Shown: positions 58,373 through 64,000 of the stretch, piece by piece
How positions within the stretch are numbered: position 1 is the stretch's first letter
Layout of the letters: each line of letters begins with the position of its first letter
NCBI GenBank assembly: GCA_026387335.1
Contig: JAPLLX010000003.1
Span: 74,230-138,229, forward strand
DNA from: Candidatus Omnitrophota bacterium
GTDB lineage: Bacteria; Omnitrophota; Gorgyraeia; Gygaellales; Profunditerraquicolaceae
Length of the DNA stretch: 64,000 bases
Reading direction: 5' to 3'
Program-made: the position numbers and the translations under genes
Notes under the pieces: generated by a model
The model's input: only the letters and a program-made list of their open reading frames with translations
What the model was told of the DNA's origin: nothing
Database searches by the model: none

Positions 58373-59248
58373 TTATCCGATGTTCCATTTGGCTTCCCTC
58401 ATTAAAAATTCCATTACCCGCCGGGGCATATGGTCGTCCAGCGCGATATTCTCTTTTTTGGCTATGGCGCTTAAAACCAGATAGATCTTAACTTGCTTAG
58501 CGGCCTCGCCTTCTAACTCCTCGCGCATCTTTTTATCCTGTTCTTCTATTTTTTCACGGGCTACCCCTTTTAAGGCTAAATCAATTTTGGCTTGCCGCAG
58601 CATCTCTTCTAATTGCCGCTTAACTAAAGATTGCGGTAATTTAAAATCCAGGTCCTTGAGCAGGTTCTCAATTATCCCGCTCTCTGCCTTTTGCCGCTCG
58701 GCGTTTTCTTTCTGAATAAAAATCTGTTTATCTAAAACTTTCTCTAACTCGGCTAAATTCGGATAACCTAAAGAGCGGGCCAGGCCGTCATCCACTTTAT
58801 CGATTTTACGCGATTCTTTCAAAGAATCAATCGCCCGCTTTACTTCGTCGCTGCTGACGCTTACGCTTGTATAATCTATTTTGATTCCTTTATAATCCTT
58901 GACATTGATCTCGGGGGATACTTCCACCTTAGCCTTAAAAGAAAGCGACTCGCGCTCTAATTTCACTTCGGATATCTCAGGCAATTCAATGACATCCAGG
59001 CCCTCTTTATTGATGGCCTCGTTGTAAATATCCGGAACTAGCTCTTTTAATACCTGTTCATGGGCAGCGCCAGAGTAATTCTTCTCCACTATATCCCGCG
59101 GCGCATGGCCCGGACGAAAACCCGGGATCTTGGCTTCTTGGGTAATTCGTTTAAAAACATCCTCAAATTTATTTTTTACTACTTCCCCGTTTACTTCCAC
59201 ATTAAGTTCTCTTATATTGGAATCAACCTTCTTTACCTCTGTTTTCAT
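58373..59248 (-). CDS. tig: Trigger factor lacking the PPIase domain
   Basis: IPGFRPG.AP ribosome-binding loop; precedes clpP; only 291 aa. Confidence 0.92.
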   Translation of the reverse strand: MKTEVKKVDSNIRELNVEVNGEVVKNKFEDVFKRITQEAKIPGFRPGHAPRDIVEKNYSGAAHEQVLKELVPDIYNEAINKEGLDVIELPEISEVKLERESLSFKAKVEVSPEINVKDYKGIKIDYTSVSVSSDEVKRAIDSLKESRKIDKVDDGLARSLGYPNLAELEKVLDKQIFIQKENAERQKAESGIIENLLKDLDFKLPQSLVKRQLEEMLRQAKIDLALKGVAREKIEEQDKKMREELEGEAAKQVKIYLVLSAIAKKENIALDDHMPRRVMEFLMREAKWNIG

Positions 59249-59260
59249 CTCTTCCTTTCC

Positions 59261-59983
59261 TTACATCCTGAATTTCTCACCCAGATAAATTGAACGGGCT
59301 TGCGCGTTGTTAATAAGTTCGTTAGCTGTCCCTGAAATAAGGATCTTGCCTTCGGCAATCAAATAGGCCCTGTCGGTTATGGAAAGCGTTTCTCTTACAT
59401 TATGGTCGGTAAGCAGAATGCCTAAACCCTTATCCCTTAATTCTTTGATAATCTCCTGCGCCTCATTAACCACAATCGGGTCGATCCCGGAAAACGGCTC
59501 ATCCAGGAGTATAAATGAAGGATTGGTAACCAGCGCCCGGGTGATCTCTAAGCGCCTGCGCTCGCCTCCGGATAAAGTAAAAGCCTTGGACTTGGCCAGA
59601 TGCGCTATATTTAATTCATCCAAGAGGCTGGCCAATCGGCGCTTTCTTTCCGACCTGCTTATCGCCAGAGTCTCTAAGATCGCCAGGATATTTTCCTCAA
59701 CCGTAAGCTTGCGGAATATGGAGGGTTCCTGGGACAAATAACCTATCCCGAAATGCGCCCGCTCATGGATTGACAGATTAGTTATATCATAATTATCAAA
59801 AACTATTTTACCGCGGTTAGGAGGAATAATACCGACTACCATATAAAAGGTGGTGGTCTTTCCCGCGCCATTAGGCCCCAGGAGCCCGACGATCTCTCCG
59901 CGCTTGACCAGAAGATCGACACCTTTGACTACTTCTCTTCCGCCGTAAGCTTTACTTAGGCCTTTAATTTCCAAAAGATGCAT
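59261..59983 (-). CDS. lptB: LPS export ABC transporter ATP-binding protein
   Basis: GPNGAGKT, LSGGERRR, DEPF, TDHNVRETL, YLGE.F. Confidence 0.97.
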   Translation of the reverse strand: MHLLEIKGLSKAYGGREVVKGVDLLVKRGEIVGLLGPNGAGKTTTFYMVVGIIPPNRGKIVFDNYDITNLSIHERAHFGIGYLSQEPSIFRKLTVEENILAILETLAISRSERKRRLASLLDELNIAHLAKSKAFTLSGGERRRLEITRALVTNPSFILLDEPFSGIDPIVVNEAQEIIKELRDKGLGILLTDHNVRETLSITDRAYLIAEGKILISGTANELINNAQARSIYLGEKFRM

Positions 59984-60875
59984 CAGTCAGGTCCTTTGTA
60001 GAATAGAAAACCAGTTTAGGTTTTCCGCTTAAAATTATTTTTTTCTCTAAAGCCGAATAGACCGCCTCATCGCTATAAGAGGTATTCTCTCCGCGCACGA
60101 TGCGCACATTTCCCCGGGCAACGATTTTATCAATTTTATTATTGCCCATAAGCCCGGCGGTGTTATCCTCTTTAACCTTGGGGCTATCTTTTCCTGAACT
60201 AAAATAGAGCACCATTGTATCGCTGTAAATCACTGAATCCGACTTTTCCACCTTAACGTTCTTATTAAAAGTAGCGATATTTTTTTCATAATCTACCGTC
60301 AATGACCCGTCGCAGGTTACCGTGATCTTTTCTTTTACCGCCAAATCTCCGGTTTTGGCCAAAGAGGCATCCGCCTGGTTGATATCCACTTTCACATCTT
60401 TATTTAAGGCTACTTTCTTAAGGCTTGGCTCGCCCCTGGCTCCGGTGCCGGAAATATTTATATTATCCTTGGCGATATTTACTTTATCTTCGGTTGCTAC
60501 CAGCTGCTTATTTCTATCCCAATCCATTGAGTTAGTGGTAAGCTTGGCGCCCTTGGAGGTAGTAATAACGACATCTTTCTCCAAGTGGACTAAACCGTTT
60601 TTTTTATTAAAATTACCGGTCTTGGCGGTAAGGTTTACGTCTTCCTCTTTACCGTATAAATTTCCGTCTACGTCTTTTAACTTAACCTCATCCGTAAATA
60701 TATCGGCTGACTTACCGGCAATATCCCAGCTCTTTTTTCCTTTTTCGCCGTAACCGGAAAGGGAAAAATCCGCGATTTGCTGGTCGGATTCTTGATCAGT
60801 TGTTGTAGAGCCAAACGCGGGGGCAAAGCATAAAAAAAACGCTGCACAAACTATTAAAGCTTCATTAAGCCTCAT
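59964..60875 (-). CDS. lptC: LptC-like + LptA/OstA-like two-domain LPS transport protein
   Basis: LptC-like N-half (GKKSWDI.G, L.T....WD) and LptA-like C-half (A.GNV.I, IILSG.P); sole gene between kdsC and lptB. Confidence 0.75.
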   Translation of the reverse strand: MRLNEALIVCAAFFLCFAPAFGSTTTDQESDQQIADFSLSGYGEKGKKSWDIAGKSADIFTDEVKLKDVDGNLYGKEEDVNLTAKTGNFNKKNGLVHLEKDVVITTSKGAKLTTNSMDWDRNKQLVATEDKVNIAKDNINISGTGARGEPSLKKVALNKDVKVDINQADASLAKTGDLAVKEKITVTCDGSLTVDYEKNIATFNKNVKVEKSDSVIYSDTMVLYFSSGKDSPKVKEDNTAGLMGNNKIDKIVARGNVRIVRGENTSYSDEAVYSALEKKIILSGKPKLVFYSTKDLTDASFGN

Positions 60876-61407
60876 AAAATCTGACTAGTTCTTCCCATTT
60901 ACCCTGCGCCTTAAGTATTAACTCGGCAACTTCCCTCACCGCGCCGCGGCCGCCGTGCTTTATAGTAATATAATCGGCAGCCTGTTTGATCTCCGGGCAG
61001 GCGTTAAAAACCGCTATAGGCAGCCCCACGACTTTCATCAGCCCTAAATCCACCAGGTCGTCTCCCACAAAACAAACTTCATCTTTAGTGACCTTATATT
61101 TCTTTAAAATTTTATCCAGTATGGCGCTTTTAGGAAAGATATCCGCGAATACTTCGGTTATGCGCATGTCGCGCGCCCGCGGCTGAATGGTTCCGGAACT
61201 TTTAGCGGTAACGATAATGGTCTTGATCCCGGCTCTATTTAAAACATAGACTCCCAAGCCGTCGTGGACATCAAAAAATTTTGAATCCCTGCCCTTGGAA
61301 TCATAAATGATCCTGCCGTCAGTCAAAACGCCGTCCACATCCAGCAGCAAGACCTTGATTTTCCTGGCGCGTTCTTTTAATTCTTCCTTAAACGTAGCAC
61401 TGGGCAT
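60865..61407 (-). CDS. kdsC: KDO 8-phosphate phosphatase
   Basis: DVDGVLTDG, GDDLVD, GG.GAVRE. Confidence 0.95.
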   Translation of the reverse strand: MPSATFKEELKERARKIKVLLLDVDGVLTDGRIIYDSKGRDSKFFDVHDGLGVYVLNRAGIKTIIVTAKSSGTIQPRARDMRITEVFADIFPKSAILDKILKKYKVTKDEVCFVGDDLVDLGLMKVVGLPIAVFNACPEIKQAADYITIKHGGRGAVREVAELILKAQGKWEELVRFYEA

Positions 61408-61409
61408 CT

Positions 61410-62378
61410 TTAGACTAATCCCGCCTTAAGCAGGTCCTGAACATCTAAAAGTCCTATCGGACGCTTAAATTTATCCACTACCGGTAATTCATCAACTCTT
61501 TTTTCCTGCAATATGCGCATAGCCTCGGCTGCCAGCATATCCTGATAAACAACCGTCGGATTCTTAGTCATTACCTCGCTGATCTTGCGTAACGGCAGGT
61601 CCTTATCCGTTTCCAGGTGGCGCCTGAGGTCGCCGTCAGTAAATATCCCTTTTAATTTACCGGCCTTATCTACTACTGTAGCCGAGCCGGCGCGGGCCTG
61701 AGTAATCTTTAAGAGGACTTTGGCGACTCTTTCTTCTTCTTTGACAATAGGATTGGCGTGGCCCGAACGCATAATATCTTCTACCTTTAAAAGCAAACGC
61801 CTCCCTAAAGCTCCTCCGGGATGAAAAAAAGCAAAATCTTTTTCCTTAAAACCCTTTAATTCTAATAAACATACGGCCAAGGCATCGGTCATAGCCAGGG
61901 CGGCTGTGGTGGAAGCCGTAGGCGCCAGGCCTAAAGGACAGGCTTCTTTTTTTACGGATACGTCTAAAACTATATCGCTATATTTGGCCAAAACAGATTT
62001 CGCGTTTCCGGTCAGGGCAATTACTTTACAGCCTATCTTCTTTAATAAAGGCAGCAGTTGCTTCATCTCTTGCGTTGAGCCGCTGTTAGAGAGTATGATC
62101 ACCACATCATCCGCAGTCACCTTGCCTAAATCTCCATGGATCGCCTCGGCAGTATGCAAAAATAAACTTGGTGTCCCGGTTGAGGCCAGGGTCGCGGAAA
62201 ATTTCTGGGCGATGATCCCGGTTTTACCCATACCGCTGATTATGGCCCGGCCTTTTGTCCTGAAGATTAAATTAACGGCGTCTTTAAAATTGTTATTGAC
62301 CCGCGACTTTAACCCTTGGATAGCCCTGGCTTCAATATCCAAAACCTCTCTTGCCCTTTTTACTATATTTATCCTCAT
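61410..62378 (-). CDS. kdsD: Arabinose-5-phosphate isomerase (KpsF/GutQ family)
   Basis: GMGK.G, HGDLG, EACP.GLAPT, HPGG.LG, CBS pair. Confidence 0.95.
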   Translation of the reverse strand: MRINIVKRAREVLDIEARAIQGLKSRVNNNFKDAVNLIFRTKGRAIISGMGKTGIIAQKFSATLASTGTPSLFLHTAEAIHGDLGKVTADDVVIILSNSGSTQEMKQLLPLLKKIGCKVIALTGNAKSVLAKYSDIVLDVSVKKEACPLGLAPTASTTAALAMTDALAVCLLELKGFKEKDFAFFHPGGALGRRLLLKVEDIMRSGHANPIVKEEERVAKVLLKITQARAGSATVVDKAGKLKGIFTDGDLRRHLETDKDLPLRKISEVMTKNPTVVYQDMLAAEAMRILQEKRVDELPVVDKFKRPIGLLDVQDLLKAGLV

Positions 62379-63187
62379 AGCGCTTCCTCTATTTTCTTAA
62401 CTTGCTTGAGAAGTTTCTCTAAATCCTTTAAATTAATCATGTTCAGTCCGTCGCAGGGAGCATTCTGCGGGTCAGGATGCGTTTCTAAAAACAAACCGTC
62501 GCAGCCAAAAGCTACAGCTGCCCTGGAGAGCCCTTCCACAAACTGGCGCTCTCCTCCGGAAGAATTTCCTCTACCCCCGGGGATTTGGATGCTGTGGGTC
62601 GCGTCATAAATCACCGGATAGCCGAATTCCCGCATAACCTGCAGGGCCCGGAAATCCGAAACCAGGTTATTATAACCAAAACTTACTCCCCGTTCGGTAA
62701 TAAGGATTTTTTTATTCCCCGTAGACTCGACTTTTTTTATAATCGGCAGGATATCCCAAGGCGCTAAGAACTGGCCTTTTTTGATATTCACAACTTTGCC
62801 GGTGCGGGCGGCGGCCAGCACAATATCCGTCTGACGGCATAAAAATGCGGGTATCTGGATAATATCCAAGACCTTGGCTGCCTCGGCCATATCCTTCACG
62901 CAATGCACATCGCTTAATATGGGGACCTTGATCTTCTGTTTAACTTTATTTAAAATCTCTAATCCCTTTTTTATCCCCGGCCCGCGAAAAGAATCCACCG
63001 ACATGCGGTTAGCCTTATCAAAACTGGATTTAAATATGAAAGGTATGCCGAGTTTCGCGGTAATATCTTTGATTTTAGCGGCGGTCTCAAGGCAAAGCGA
63101 TTGAGATTCGATTACACAAGGACCGGCGATAAGTACCAACGGATTTTTGTTTCCTATTTTAATATTTCTGACCATGATCTGAGACAT
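62375..63187 (-). CDS. kdsA: KDO 8-phosphate synthase
   Basis: AGPCVIE, FDKANR, QIPAFLCRQTD, KKGQF, DATHS. Confidence 0.97.
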   Translation of the reverse strand: MSQIMVRNIKIGNKNPLVLIAGPCVIESQSLCLETAAKIKDITAKLGIPFIFKSSFDKANRMSVDSFRGPGIKKGLEILNKVKQKIKVPILSDVHCVKDMAEAAKVLDIIQIPAFLCRQTDIVLAAARTGKVVNIKKGQFLAPWDILPIIKKVESTGNKKILITERGVSFGYNNLVSDFRALQVMREFGYPVIYDATHSIQIPGGRGNSSGGERQFVEGLSRAAVAFGCDGLFLETHPDPQNAPCDGLNMINLKDLEKLLKQVKKIEEAL

Positions 63188-63193
63188 TATATT

Positions 63194-63928
63194 CTATCCT
63201 TTTCTTAAAATATCTTTGACCTTTTCCAAATCTTCCGGGGTATCCACCCCTATAGTATCAAAGTTAGTTTCAATGACCTTGATGCGAAAACCCCCTTCTA
63301 ATACCCTCAGTTGCTCCAGGCGTTCGGTCTTCTCTAAATTGGAAACCGGAAGGTTCTTGTAAGTAAAAAGAAAATCTTTGGTGTAGGCGTAAAGGCCGAT
63401 ATGCTTGAAGTAAACCGGATGTTCAATTTCAGCGTTCAGCGCTAAGTGCGGAATAGCGGCGCGCGAGAAATAAAGCGCGAAATTGTTCTTATCCACTACT
63501 ACCTTGACTACGTTCGGGTCGTTAATTAAATTTGTATCTTCTATTCTTTTCATAAGCGTAGCCATATTTATATCTTTACTATCTAAAAGCGCGGCGGCCA
63601 CACTATCAATCATACTGGGATGGATTAAAGGCTCATCCCCCTGGATATTCACTATTATTTTTACGTCTAGAGGATTGACTACTTCGCTGATCCTGTCTGT
63701 CCCGCAGTCATGGGATTGAGAGGTCAGCACAACCTTGGCCCCAAACTCACGAGCAGCATTAGCTACCGCTTCATGATCACAGGCAATAATTACGTCATCC
63801 AGCAACCTGGCCTGTTTTGCCCTCTCGTAAACATGCTGCAGCATGGGCTTACCGAGGATATCCGCCAAAACTTTTCCTTCAAATCTGGTAGAAGAATAAC
63901 GTGCCGGTATAACTCCGATTACATCCAT
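63194..63928 (-). CDS. kdsB: CMP-KDO synthetase
   Basis: IPARY.STR, QGDEP, YFSR, H.G.Y.Y, LEQLR, VDT.ED. Confidence 0.97.
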   Translation of the reverse strand: MDVIGVIPARYSSTRFEGKVLADILGKPMLQHVYERAKQARLLDDVIIACDHEAVANAAREFGAKVVLTSQSHDCGTDRISEVVNPLDVKIIVNIQGDEPLIHPSMIDSVAAALLDSKDINMATLMKRIEDTNLINDPNVVKVVVDKNNFALYFSRAAIPHLALNAEIEHPVYFKHIGLYAYTKDFLFTYKNLPVSNLEKTERLEQLRVLEGGFRIKVIETNFDTIGVDTPEDLEKVKDILRKG

Positions 63929-64000
63929 TAGCCTAACCTTTCCAATAGTTCGTCCCGGGTAGCCGTGGCTGTCCCAATCTTGCCCACAACAATACCCGCG
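63928..64000 (-). CDS. Heptose-7-phosphate kinase (RfaE/HldE kinase domain), C-terminal fragment
   Basis: Manual translation AGIVVGKIGTATATRDELLERLG*; stop overlaps the kdsB start. Confidence 0.75.
   Translation of the reverse strand, partial: AGIVVGKIGTATATRDELLERLG

Overview
Gene-dense bacterial chromosome segment in which every credible gene lies on the minus strand, mostly abutting or overlapping. Content is largely housekeeping: translation factors, trpGDCF-BA, queuosine/tRNA modification, MEP/undecaprenyl, KDO/LPS export, glycogen, serine, and a Wood-Ljungdahl block (fchA-folD-metF-flavoprotein-acsB). A diderm anaerobe with ACS and compact genes suggests Candidatus Omnitrophota or a similar lineage (inference only). 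The one accessory region is an AT-rich ~2.65 kb insert between queA and tgt (28474-31127). It holds three uncharacterised genes (two HEPN-like), is bracketed by two hairpins sharing an identical GA/GA internal-loop motif, and has an array of three co-varying perfect palindromes plus cassette-like junction motifs, with no recombinase in the window. Other notable points: PolA steric-gate E->D, FolD lacking the cyclohydrolase lysine next to FchA, a probable ATA start for rsfS, an unlisted 49-aa zinc-ribbon gene, domain-deleted trigger factor and ProRS, an LptC-LptA fusion, and a branched hairpin upstream of a probable Re-citrate synthase. No tRNA, rRNA or CRISPR was recognised. All family calls come from motif recognition, not database searches.
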